The notes under the pieces were generated by a model. The model was given only the letters and a program-made list of their open reading frames with translations, did not search any database and had not been told where the DNA came from. From Selaginella moellendorffii (Eukaryota > Plantae > Lycopodiophyta), in assembly GCF_000143415.4 (NCBI RefSeq), contig NW_003314292.1, forward strand, positions 188,825-252,824: a stretch of DNA of 64,000 nt, read 5' to 3'. The translations under genes were made by a program, and so were the position numbers. Shown in pieces: positions 35,902 to 47,721 of the stretch (position 1 is its first letter; every line of letters starts with the position of its first letter).

Positions 35902-38729
35902 AATGGCATGTATTTATTTAAAAATGTAACTTATTATGGCATGGGGTTCCATGCCATTGTATTAATATTAAAAGACAATTCTTTGAGAGGATTTGCATTA
36001 TACTAGAAGTGTTACAGCATGTTATTGGAAGTCTACGAAGTTGTTTTATTAATAAGGGGAAAGTAAAGATTGAATGGGGACTTGGGCTCCACCTAGACTC
36101 GGAGCAACTGAGCCAATATTAAAAGGATGGAAAGAAATTAGACGACGATGACAAGGAGAAGAGAGAGGTGAAGCAGTGGCAGGGGGAGGAGAAGTGATTG
36201 AGTAGACATTTCCTTGTTTAAAATAAAATGGCATGTGCCTCAATGCAATTGAATTTTGTTATATTTATATACTATATAAAGGTTTGGAAACCTTATTTTA
36301 CAAGTGGGATAATGACAATTCCCACTTTAACGAAATAGAGCTTAATGTATCTATTGAAGAAGTGAAAATGTTGGCGACATAAAAAGTTTGTAATTGATAT
36401 AACACATTAGATGAAACGTGCCTTAGGAGGAACTAAACAAAGATGATAACTACTTTTGACTTGACAAATATAAGGTTTCATATAGAAAAACTCCATCACT
36501 TAGCAAAGGTAGATTTCCCTCAAGAGACACATGACTAATGGGTGGTGGACCTCTTAGAGCAACCAAACCAGTAGAAGAATTGAGGAGTGCCAAAGTATGA
36601 TAATAGCTTTCATTTTTAGTATGAGAGGTAAAGTTGGATCACCAAGATTTTGGAGTTTGTATAAAATGAGGTAAAAAAGGCATTTCCAAATTGTCTCTTT
36701 TTAGAAGATCACACACCATTAAGCCTCGAGAATGTTTACAAGTACTTTTTATACTACTACTAAACACTTAACTTTTTTATAGGTACTTCAAAAAGCTCAT
36801 AGCAAATGGATGGATTCGTAGCTTACCAAAAATTGCAAAATTCTCGAATAATAAAGATAAAAATAGAACAATGTTTGAGGAGTGTTTCATCCCCACAATG
36901 ACACCATTTGAATTCAAGAACTGTCTATGATGGCTTGACTGGACCTTAGGTGAGTGTCCAAAGTTTGAGAAAATGGATTTCAAGAGAGGGGCAAGTAAAC
37001 ATGATTTAGAGGTAAATACAAAAGTGAAGGACATAGGGGAAATGATAGCAAAGGTAGTGACAAAAGGGAATAGGAAGGTGTTGAGGAAGAAGAAGGGAAT
37101 TGATCTTTTGAAAGCCTCAAAAACCACACCATAAACGAAGCAAAAAAAGGAAGGACTAGGCAATCCAATGTAGATTGTCATTTCAGCATGAAAGAGGAAG
37201 CTTAGTATTAGTGAGCTCTTCGAGATAGTGACATTAAAAAAGCTCAACACAAACTAAGAAGCAGTGAAGGAGTTCCTCAAGATGATAGGAACTAAATTTA
37301 CAAAGAAGAATAACCTCCGAAACTATAGAGTGCACTTTGTACTATGTGCGCTACCTCATAACTCATCTCCAAGATTTGCCACAGCAGCCTTCTACCATTG
37401 GGACCTCTATGACAAAGGCTTTGAATTTATTTATGAAACTACGAAGCCATTGTATAACGATGACACCAACATGGTTACAAGGTCAGAGATAAATCCAAAC
37501 TTTCTTGGCTTTCTCAAAGTACAAGTACTTCTTGGCTTTTAAACTTTTTCAATGGCACAGAAAGCACCCTTCTCACAGTGGAACAATGGCCATTATGTAC
37601 TATCATTAGAACAAGATCAAGAAGTTGCAAACTATATTAAATAAAGACAGTTGGAAGAGAAAGAAACTTCAATGCTACAACCAAAGGGGAAGAAAGTGAT
37701 AAAGACACACCATAAGGGTTTTCAACCGCAAATTGGTAGAGGAAAATCCATTAGAGGACTCTAATTAAAATAATGTATATATATCTTTTGACTAATATAA
37801 AGTAATATTTTTTTTAAAAAATATCTATACTTTAAAGAAAACATTAGGAAGTACTTATATTAAATGAAAGTAAACCCACACTATAAAATGAAACTTGAAA
37901 GCTGACCCACACTATAAAATCCACTCATATATTAAACTATCACTTCATCTTTGTCTTCTTCCATATCATCTTCATAATAGTAGTCGATATAAGATGTGAT
38001 AAATTCTTCAGCTGCCCTTGTCTTCCTTGGACGTCCTTTTACTTTCTCTTCCTCAGAGTTCAAGCTTAAAATTATATATATTGGAAGATAATAAAAAGTG
38101 TTTATCACACAATGAGACAGCCTTGCTTTGTAGACAGATTGCTTGTTCTTGGGAAACAAAATTTTGGCATCGGAAGACAAAGGCTTTGGAGACAAAGCTT
38201 TAGAGATGAAGTCTTTGGAGAAAAAGGCTTTGGAGACAAGGTGCACATAAAGACCCTAAATACCTTTTGAAATTGAAGAACTCAAAGGCAGCAAATCCAA
38301 TCCATGCAGAGAGGGGAGGCCATGGCAAAGAGGAAGGGGACCATTCTGAAAATGGTGGGGCTCACCAATCCACCCAGAACTAGAACAAAGAAACCCTAAA
38401 CACTAAAAATATGTTGTGTAAAGCTGTGAGTCATCCTTAAACATTGGAAAAACAAAACCAAATCCACCAATGGGGATTTAGTCATATTTAAAAAACCCAA
38501 GCAAACATTCATAACCTAAACCTATACATGTAACATCCAAAGCACTAGTTATCAACAGCGCACAAGATGGTCAAAGTTTGAATTAATTTCATATTTAGGG
38601 AGTAATATTCTTTTAATGTTACTAAATTCTAAAATATGCATTATACTTATCATCACATATTCCAAATAAATTCGAATATTAAACATATATTCAGTCCTTG
38701 GGCATGAAAAACCCTTAAAATGGAAATCC

Positions 38730-39950
38730 TCACTATCCTCAAGACACATCCTTCTGTAGAGCTGGAGAGCTTCCCAGCTATGCCCAAACTGGGCATGGGC
38801 CAAAATCATGGCACTCCAAGACACTGTGTCTCCATCTCCTGAAACAAAGCTCTAGCTTCTTCAAGGCTGCCACCTTTTGCATACATGTTAAATGGCACGA
38901 CTTGGTCGCTTGTACCACACTGGAGCGATTGAGAAAGAATTTCCTTCCCAAACCGGAGGCCAGAGGAGCTCGCACAAGCGACGAGAACGGTGGAAAACGT
39001 CTTGACTCCATCAAGTTCCATCCTTCTCAGGAGCTTAAAAGCTTCAAGAAAATCACCGGCGTGGGAATTTGCTGCAATCGTAGCGTTCCAGCTGACATGA
39101 TCTCTGCTGCTCACCCTGTTGAAACCATCTCTAGCTTCTGTAGTGCCCTTTGCATACGTGCGTTCTGAGAACCAAGTCGGAATTGAGCTGCCGGGAAATG
39201 ATCTGCGGATGTATAGTTCGGCTGTGCAAAAAAAAAAACCACTATCGCCGAAAGAACAGCACAATCCCAGAATATTACAATATACCATTTTCGCAATGCC
39301 TTTTCTTGGCAAATGCTGGTAGCATTGAGTTCCAGGAGTCACATCTCTCACAGCCATGGAATGAAAACACCTCTCAAGCTTCGCCCAAAGAGCCAGATTT
39401 TACGTACATGCTCACGAGTGTTCTGGATCACCACATCGCAATGCAATCCATGCGCTGGGGGATCGCCCGCCCCTGTCCGAGAGCGCCCGCCTTGCAGCAC
39501 GCACCAGAGACGAACTCATCGGCGAAAGCCCCCTCCATTCCATGAAAGATCTGGAGAGCCTCCCAAGGATGCCCATTCTGGGCATATGCGGAGATCATCA
39601 TCGTTCAGTTGAAAACGTTCTTGGCGGTGATGTGATCAAAGGCAGCGCGGGCCAGCGGCGCGCTCCGGTACTGCCATACATCTTCAAGATGATATTCCCG
39701 AGCAGCGTGCCCGAATCCTGCCCAGAGTCTCGCACCCACGCCATGCCCTGTGCATTGCAGGGTCGCGGATGCCTGGATCGAGGCTCGCGTTGTGTGAGGA
39801 GCAGTCGATGTCGTTCCGCAAGGCTCGGCATTGGCTGTCCAAGAACTGCACTCATCAATCATGCCTCCCACGATTTCTTGGCAAAGGAGCATTCGATCGC
39901 TTCGAGTAGGATTGAAAACTATAAGCTCCCCACGAGAGGATCCTCGTTTG
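38730..39950 (-). pseudogene. PLS-class PPR pseudogene
   Basis: PPR motifs spread over several frames (LLGNIILKMYG, ARAAFD, VSWNATIAAN, MYAKGGSLEEARALF, SWSAMILAHAQFGH); limits approximate. Confidence 0.75.
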
Positions 39951-41444
39951 TGGTTTCGATTTCAAGGCGATCGTTGCCATTGGTGGCACATGTATAAGAT
40001 GGACCCAGAGAAGCTTTTCACAGGATGAAGAACAGGACTGTTTTGTTTTGGAACACGACGACAACAGCATATGCCCAAAGAGGGGAGTTTTTTTAGGGGA
40101 TCCGAGTCGGTGCTTTCGATGCTAGCGGCGTGCTCCAAGCAGAATGAGAAGCCACGGAGAGAAAATCCTCGAGGCGGATCGATCAAGTAAGCTATATGTG
40201 CATCCTCCAGACTTGTTCTCTTGGAACACTTAGCTCGATGCTCCAGTATGTTCGAGCATAGATATATATCCACACATCACTAACTTCGGCCAGTTCTGGA
40301 GCACCGCAGGTGTGCTCTGGATCCCTTGGCATGGGCGTGGTTGCTTTACGAGGCCGAGGCAAGCTGGATGAAGTTGCTTGGAAGTGTTTGCTCTCGGCGT
40401 GTAACAATCATGGGGATGCCAGTCGAGGAGCCACCTAGCGAAGCAAGTTCTTCGTTCCGAGTCTGGGAGATCAGCTTCTTAATAAGTTCTCGTCTCCCAG
40501 ACCAGGTGAAATAGGCAAAACGCTTGTTGTAAGTCATGTCTCTTTTCCTTTCTCGCTGTTTCAATGATTATTAGCGTTAATTTCTGGACAGCAGCACTGG
40601 CATGAAAACTGTGACGTTTCCAGGCATAAGGTATGGTCCTCCTTAGAAGAACCACTTTGTGGTCTCATGCCTCCAGCTGGGCGCTAATGACCCTCCTTTT
40701 GTGTTTCTGTTATTCAGTTTTGCCCAAAAGGGTGACAGGAAAACAGGCAAGTTTTCCGATCACGCGTTATTTCTTGCATGACACATTTTGTAGCTTGCTA
40801 GGACAAGTCACGAGAATTTTTATGCAAAAGTCCAAGATGAGTTCTAACATTTTTCTTTCTGGTAGAGAGTATTTACAACCATGAGGTATAGTTTTCTTTT
40901 TTCCAGTTTTTTTTCTTCCCTTTTCTAAAGCTAATTTACTTATCCTTGGTATAGATTTAGGAACAAAGTTTTTGGCAAAGGAAAGGGTGTCGTGACTAAA
41001 TCATTCCAAGTGCATAGAACTTTATTCCAGATCACATCATATCATCATTCATCCCAACAAGCTCCACTGATCGCTTTTTGAATCATTAGTAATTACAAAC
41101 AAGGTTCTGATAATTTCTTGCAAAGAAACAACATGAATGGATTATTACTTTGCTTCCGCAGATCCTTGAAAGAAATCTTTGATACTTCTGAGAGTTTAAT
41201 GCTTTAAAGAAGGTCTCAAGAACGCAGTTTCTTCACTTGTTGACTTCTGGAGGTGGTTTCCAGAATATCTTCTTGTGAAATATAAACCTTGTGACAGTGT
41301 CCTGACAATGACATGATCAAATTTTTCTTTCAACCTCCTGGTCCCTACCATAGTGCTGTCCAAGCACCAGGCACTCTAGAACTACAACAAGCTCACGACT
41401 CCTTGTTTGGCTGCAAAGGCAGAGTCTTTTCACTTCTCCAAAAC

Positions 41445-42962
41445 ATGACTCTCAAGAACAAGATCATCGTCACAAGCCTTGGAATCGCCTTTCTCTTGCT
41501 GGTCATCCAGCTCCCCTTGGAAGTTCCTCAGGTGTGAGAGTGAGAGACAGAGAGAGAGAAAGAGAGAGAGTAGTAGCCAGAATTTCTAACTCACTGAGAT
41601 TTCTTAGCAATTTCAGCTCAATTCCGTCAATTCCACGTTAGAGGAGCTCCACAATTGCAACTTCTCGGCTCAAGCCCAAGGCAAATGCCCGGATTACTTC
41701 AAGTGGATCGAGCGCGACCTCTCTCCCTGGAAGAACACAGGGATCTCACAGGGGGATTTGCAAGAAGCCAAGTCCAAGGCGGACTTTCGTGTGGTGATCG
41801 TCGATGGCAAGCTATACATGGAGCGATACAGGTATTGCTACCAGACCCGGGCACAGTACACGCTGTGGGGGATTCGTATGCTTCTCGAGGAATTCCCGGG
41901 ACAAGTTCCAGACTTGGAGCTCATGTTTATGTGTGGAGATCGCCCACAAGTTTTGCGGAAGAACTACTCAAGCAATTCGGTCAAGCGAAGATGGCCACCG
42001 CCTCCTCTTTTCTCTTACTGCACTACGCGGGACGAGCACTACGATATTGTTTTTCCAGATTGGTCTTTCTGGGGCTGGTAAATTTTTTTATTCTTTTTAG
42101 AAGTTATATTTTTAATAGTATCATTTAGGCCAGAGGTGAATATTGCTCCCTGGACTGTGGAGAGGGAGAAGATCTTTTCTGGAGCTGAAAAGATTAAGTG
42201 GCTCCAAAGGGAGCCAATTGCGCAGTGGAAAGGAAATACTTGGATGGGAAAAATTCGGCCAATGCTGGTGCAATGCAATTCTTCCACAAGCATTCTTGTG
42301 TATCATCAGGTGATTTTTTCATGATCTGTTTCATACCATTTTTCTAATTCTTGGTATTGCTAGAACTGGGATGAAGAAATTAAAAATAATTTCAGCTCTT
42401 CTGATCTATCCAAGCAATGCTCATATAGGTGGTGCTGGTTTTATCTTTCAGTGGAATGAATTAATATTCTTTTTGCAGGTACAAAGTTTATGTTGAAGGA
42501 ATTGGCTGGTCCGTGAGTCTGAAGTATGTGATGTCTTGTGGATCAACAATGCTTCAAATCGATCCTCAGTATTTAGAATTTTATTCTAGATCACTGATCC
42601 CATACCTCCACTTCATCCCAGTAAGGAAAACCAAAATATGTCAATCAATTCAGGAAGCGGTAGAATGGGGAAACACTTTTCCACACAAAGTAAGGACATA
42701 ATTAGTGGAAAGAAATTTTTTAATTTAACTTTTCTTACAGGCTTTATCACTGGGAAGATGTGCACAGAATTTCTTGCAAGAACAACTGACAATGGACTAT
42801 GTATATGAGTATATGCTACTTCTACTCCAACGCTATGCAAAATTGCTGAAGTTCAAGCCAGTTCCACTACAAGGGGTGCAAGCAATGAGCTTAGATTCTA
42901 ATCTGCCATGGCATAGCCCTTCTAAGCAACGGCTACCTTTAATTCCTTGTAGTGTGTGTTAA
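41445..42962 (+). CDS. Glycosyltransferase family 90 (DUF821 / O-glucosyltransferase rumi-like), multi-exon
   Basis: N-terminal signal anchor; FRVVIVDGKLY, VPDLELMFMCGDRP, PPPLFSYC, DIVFPDWSFWGW, YKVYVEG.GWSVSLKY, MDYVYEYM..LL..YAKLL; short GT-AG introns. Confidence 0.88.
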
Positions 42963-44790
42963 ACAGTTTGATAAAATGAATAGGTTTTCATATATAAAAT
43001 ATAGATAAACCTTTTGCTAATTTTTTTATATTAATTTTATTTTAATATAATTTAGTCGTCCAAATTTGAAAATTTTCCAAGGGTCAAATAATTTGACTCT
43101 CTCAACACTTTTACGTACTAGTTTTTGTCATCTAATCTTTGATCATCCCATTTGATTTCACTAAAGTTTTCTCCATCTTGTGACACTCTTTTTCAGGATG
43201 CATTTGAACATAATCTCTAATTTAAAAAGCAAAACTCCACAAGAATTTCTAAGTTATCTGTTTCATGTCATGATTCTTCTCTCTTTGTTGTGTTTCTCAA
43301 CCTTTGCTTTCTTGGTAACATTAGTTTTGGATGATTTTCCATTTTTCTTTTTCACTTTTATTATATTTACATCAAGATTTTTAACAGTCTTTACATAAAG
43401 CATAAAGGGGTTCTAAAATTTCCCACTATTTTCTACACAGTCGTTGTTAGTAGCCACATAACATTAACCTAGAATGTAATGACATACTAGGTGTTGATTA
43501 TATTCACATAATGTTGCACTTGATCTACCTTTCACTCCTCTATTATATATAAATAAATGGTTAGATATTATGCTATAATTTGGTTTTCTAGGGTGTGGTT
43601 ATACACTCTAATCTCATAACAATTTTTATAAAATATTTTGATGTGTAAATGCCAAAAATCTCATATATAGAGGGTAAAAATATTAAATGGTGTTTTCATA
43701 TATTTGTCAATTCTCTATATTTACTAAAGAGTATATTAGCTACTACAAGGAATCAAACCCCAAACCTCTACTGATGAAATTTGAATTTAATACCTGCTAT
43801 GCATAGACTTATATCTAAATTAAATTTCTAAATTAGCTACTCTCTAGTGTTTATATCATCATCCAATCATATAGGTATACCCTTCCTTGGTTGGATTAGA
43901 TTCCAAGTTAACCATTTCCTTGTAAGCTTGATCATATAAACAATTAACAATTATATATATATATATCACTAAGGGATGAATTGAGGGTGCAAACTAATAT
44001 ATACAAGCATAACAAGCACATATATATACACTGTATTAATAATGTGTAAAATTTGAATTTCTAGAAACAAATTATCATTAAACAAACATATTATAACTAT
44101 AAATTAACAACTAAGTTTTGCCATTTGTATGTTATTTATTTTTTTTAATTCATTAAAATTGAGAGTGCATCATATGAATTTGGAGATAAAGGAAGCATAA
44201 GTAATACTGATATGGAAATAATAATGAGTGGTATAAGCTTTATAATCTCAAAGATTTATGGGAAATTATCTAAGTTGCATATCAAATAGAAATACAAATG
44301 GAATAATTAAAAGCCATACTATTTATGAAGGATTGAGATTTTTATTATATATTAAGAGTACATTTGAAGATATAAACTTTTCTTAGCATTATATACCTCA
44401 AAATATCATATTAAAAAATATTACTTTAAACAAACATTTAAATATAACTGTCAAGGAGTACACTTCTGTTCTGCTCCATGACAATTGTCAAGGATTTAAT
44501 GTGGTTTCTTATGCAAACTCTACATCCATTGAGTGACAGAAGTTTATAAGAATGTTGATTGGTACATAAAGGGGAGAACAAATGATTCAAATTTATCTCT
44601 ATTTTAGTACTATCAATCCATTTTTTGTTTCAACTATTTTTCAAAAAATGGTTTTTTCATGCCCTTTCTGAAAAGTTGGAATGGCTCTCAAAGGTTGGAA
44701 TTTCAACTTGAGATGCTTATAAATTCAGGAGGGTAGTACAAGATAACTTTGTGTGTAGCTGAATAAGTAATATTTTAGTAATGAATTATG

Positions 44791-47379
44791 TTACAAGCTC
44801 TTGAAGCTCTTGAATGAATTGGAGAGAGCAATGTAAGACGAGGCTGTGTCTTTCTCACAAGACCCATCGCCCTGAAGGAGTAGCCTCTTCCTCGCCACCA
44901 CCGAGCTGTCTACTCCATGAACCTGGGAGCTACTCACCAGCGTCATCAAAGCTACGTGCTTGATTGCGGGGAAGACCTTGGCCACCTCCTCGGCCTCGCC
45001 CACCCTCCCGGCTCTTGCCAGCATATCCATCACAACATTATAGTGCTCAGCACTGGGAGCGATGGCGTGATCCTCCACCATGGAACGGAAGTACTCTCGT
45101 CCCACACGAACCAGTCCTCGGTGGCTACAAGCGTGGAGAATGCTCGTAAACGTGATCTCGTCCGCTTGGATTCCATCCAGCTCCATCTCTCGAAACAGCT
45201 CCAGAGCTCCATCCCCGCGAGCGTGCTGCGCGTAGCCCACGATCATCGCCGTCCAGCTTAGAACGTTCTTGCCCCGGATGCCATCAAACACGGCCCTGGC
45301 GTCGTCCAGAGCTCCACACTTTGCGAGAGCGTTCAAGAGCTCGGTGGAGGCTACCACGTCCGGCGGAGACGACGATGGTGATAACATCTTCGCCTGGACG
45401 AGCTTCGTGGCTTCCAGGCTCGAGCACGCGCCGAGAACCGTAGTAAACACGACGTTGTCCGGAGGAACGTCCATCTTTCGGAAGAGTTGCAGTGCCTCGT
45501 CGGTGAATCCCCGCTCGATGCAAGCTGCGATCATCACTGTCCAGGAGAAGACCTCCTTCGCGGGGAGTTTGTCGAAGAAGTTCTTGGCGAGCTCCAAGTT
45601 CTCGTCTCCCAGCGTCACGTACATGGTGAGCAGGCAAGTTGCGACGGTGGGATCCGAGTCGACTCCACTCGCAGTGATCCGCTGGTGGAGAGCTTTGCCT
45701 TGATCCAAGCTCGAACAGGCTCCGAGAACACTGGTGAGAGTGAACTTGTTTGGTTCCACTCCGTGGAGATTCATCTCGTGGTAAAGATGCATGGCCTCGT
45801 TCTTGGAGCTCTCCTCCTCCGCAAAGCTCAGGATCATCGCGTTCCAAGTCGCGAGCTCCCTCTTGGCCATCTTGGAGAACAATCTCCTGGCTTGATCCAT
45901 TGCTCTGCATTTGGCGTAGAAGTTTACCAGCGCGTTCTCCAGAGCTGGAACGGGACCAAAGCCAGTGTCGACGATCCGCGAGTGGAGAGCCTGGCCATCG
46001 CGGAGAGATCTCACGCTCGAGCAAGCTCCAAGAACACTGCAAAAGGTTGCTGTTACTGGCTGTGTCCCGTCCAAGACCATCTTCCTGTAGTAACTTAGAG
46101 CCTCCCATCCCCGGCCAGCTTGGAGAAGCCCCGCGAGCATGGTGTTCCACGACACAACATCGCGAAACTCCATGGCGTGGAAGATCTCCTCGGCCTCATC
46201 GGCGCAGCCACACTTTGCGTAGAAGTTCACCAGCGCGTTCTCCACGAGAAGAATCGATTCCCGGCTCGTGATCCTCGTCTTCTTCTCCGTGAGAAACTTG
46301 CTATGGATCTCCCGCCCTTCGTCCAGTGCCTCGAGCCTCGAGCAAGCCGCGAGAACGGTAGAGACGGTGGCGGCCTCCGGCTTGACGCTCATCTCCAGGT
46401 AGAGTTCTAGAGCTTCCTCGTCGAGCTCATGTTGGACGTAAGCCGAGACCATCACCGTCCACGAGACCACGGACTTGTTCTCCATCTCGTCAAAGATGGA
46501 TCTTGCATCGCCGATCCGTCCAGAGCTCGCGTACATGCTCACAAGAGTGTTTTGCAAGATGACATCAGCTTGAATCCCCGTCCCCCGGACGATGGAGTGG
46601 ATCTTCCGGCCCTCGCAAAACTCTCGAGCGCTGCTACACACCGCCAACACTGTCGCAAAGCTGACCAAGTCGGGCTTCTCCCCTTCCAAGTTCATCCTTT
46701 TAAACAAGTCGAGCGCTTCTTTGTAGCATCCAAACTGGCTGTAGGCCGAGAGCATCGCATTCCATGACACCGAGTTCCTCTTCTCCCCGAGATGATCAAA
46801 CATCTCCCTGGCCTCGTCCAAGCAGCCACACTTTCCATACATGTTGAGCACTGCGTTTTGGAGAACTAAATCTCGGTCGTAGCCAGTCGCGAGGATTCGC
46901 TGGTGGATCATCCTGCCTTGCTCCAGGAGCTCTCTCCTGCCGGAGCAAGCGTTCATGACGCTGGCAAAAACAAACTCGTCCGGTTCCATGCCTTCCAAGC
47001 ACATCCTGTGGTAAAGTTCCACTGCCTGCCTGTGATGCCCAGCCTTGACATAAGCCGAAGTTACAATCGTCCACGAGTAGTCGTTCCATTCCAGAATCCT
47101 GTCAAAGGCCTCGCGAGCTAGCTCGAGCTCCCCGCACTTGGAGTACATTTGCACCAGCAAGTTCCCCAAGAGTGTTCTTCGGTCCAGTCCGGTTTCTCTG
47201 AGTTGCGAGTGTAGGTTCTTCCCTGAAGATAAATCCTTCTCTCTCGCGTAGTGCCGGAGGAGGTCTGCAAAATCTGGACTTGATCGGAGCCCATTGCCTG
47301 AATTGCTGCGATGTTCTGAGACCTCTGGAAAGGATTTTGGAAGGAGCTCACCTGTGAGTTCCCCGGAGCTGATAACCAT
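44791..47379 (-). CDS. PLS-class pentatricopeptide repeat protein (E-type, degenerate C-terminus, no DYW)
   Basis: 862-aa intronless ORF with repeated MY.KCG..AR..FD...VSWN motifs and ACSHRGLV..EHY. Confidence 0.92.
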   Translation of the reverse strand: MVISSGELTGELLPKSFPEVSEHRSNSGNGLRSSPDFADLLRHYAREKDLSSGKNLHSQLRETGLDRRTLLGNLLVQMYSKCGELELAREAFDRILEWNDYSWTIVTSAYVKAGHHRQAVELYHRMCLEGMEPDEFVFASVMNACSGRRELLEQGRMIHQRILATGYDRDLVLQNAVLNMYGKCGCLDEAREMFDHLGEKRNSVSWNAMLSAYSQFGCYKEALDLFKRMNLEGEKPDLVSFATVLAVCSSAREFCEGRKIHSIVRGTGIQADVILQNTLVSMYASSGRIGDARSIFDEMENKSVVSWTVMVSAYVQHELDEEALELYLEMSVKPEAATVSTVLAACSRLEALDEGREIHSKFLTEKKTRITSRESILLVENALVNFYAKCGCADEAEEIFHAMEFRDVVSWNTMLAGLLQAGRGWEALSYYRKMVLDGTQPVTATFCSVLGACSSVRSLRDGQALHSRIVDTGFGPVPALENALVNFYAKCRAMDQARRLFSKMAKRELATWNAMILSFAEEESSKNEAMHLYHEMNLHGVEPNKFTLTSVLGACSSLDQGKALHQRITASGVDSDPTVATCLLTMYVTLGDENLELAKNFFDKLPAKEVFSWTVMIAACIERGFTDEALQLFRKMDVPPDNVVFTTVLGACSSLEATKLVQAKMLSPSSSPPDVVASTELLNALAKCGALDDARAVFDGIRGKNVLSWTAMIVGYAQHARGDGALELFREMELDGIQADEITFTSILHACSHRGLVRVGREYFRSMVEDHAIAPSAEHYNVVMDMLARAGRVGEAEEVAKVFPAIKHVALMTLVSSSQVHGVDSSVVARKRLLLQGDGSCEKDTASSYIALSNSFKSFKSL

Positions 47380-47721
47380 TCACCTCATAGCCAGCAACAA
47401 AATATCCTCGTATTTGCTTTTCGCTCTGTAAACACGAATGTTAACTAGAGAACTTGTACCTGGCTCTTGCCGTGACTTAAGTGGCATAGCCAAGATAAAA
47501 AATCTTCTTTGATAGTTAGTAACTGCAATGACAACGCGGGATTATCAGAACCTTCACCAAGTCGAAGAAAAAAGAAATCAACTTCACCGGTATATGCGAG
47601 TTTCCACCTGTATGAAAAATATTAGCAAGGAGATAAAACTTGGAAAAAGCTATACCTTGTGACTGAATCATATCTCGGAGATCTTCCTGGAGTTTAACTG
47701 ACTTGGTTTGATCGAATCAAC

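Larger units (their letters stand above)
24173..36250. repeat. About 20 dispersed copies of a 24-bp palindrome AATGGCRTG-W-GGCC-W-CAYGCCATT
   Basis: Copies at 24173, 24488, 25883, 25940, 27777, 27847, 27945, 29495, 30307, 30384, 30444, 31722, 33223, 33361, 33552, 34784, 34859, 35935 and 36227; half sites at 24551, 28569 and 35902. Confidence 0.9.
23948..36343 (-). mobile_element. 12.4-kb TIR DNA transposon, Sola-like
   Basis: Perfect 24-bp TIRs AAGCTCTATTTCGTTAAAGTGGGA at 23948-23971 and 36320-36343; 4-bp TSD AATG at 23944-23947 and 36344-36347; DDD transposase inside. Confidence 0.9.

Noticed and set aside
24173-36250. Palindromes as a CRISPR array or as MITEs
   Set aside because: Spacing is irregular (tens of bp to >1 kb), there are no cas genes and the context is eukaryotic; no per-copy TSDs were seen.
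43000-44790. AT-rich intergenic stretch as a hidden element
   Set aside because: No terminal repeats, TSD or coding remnants that I could identify.
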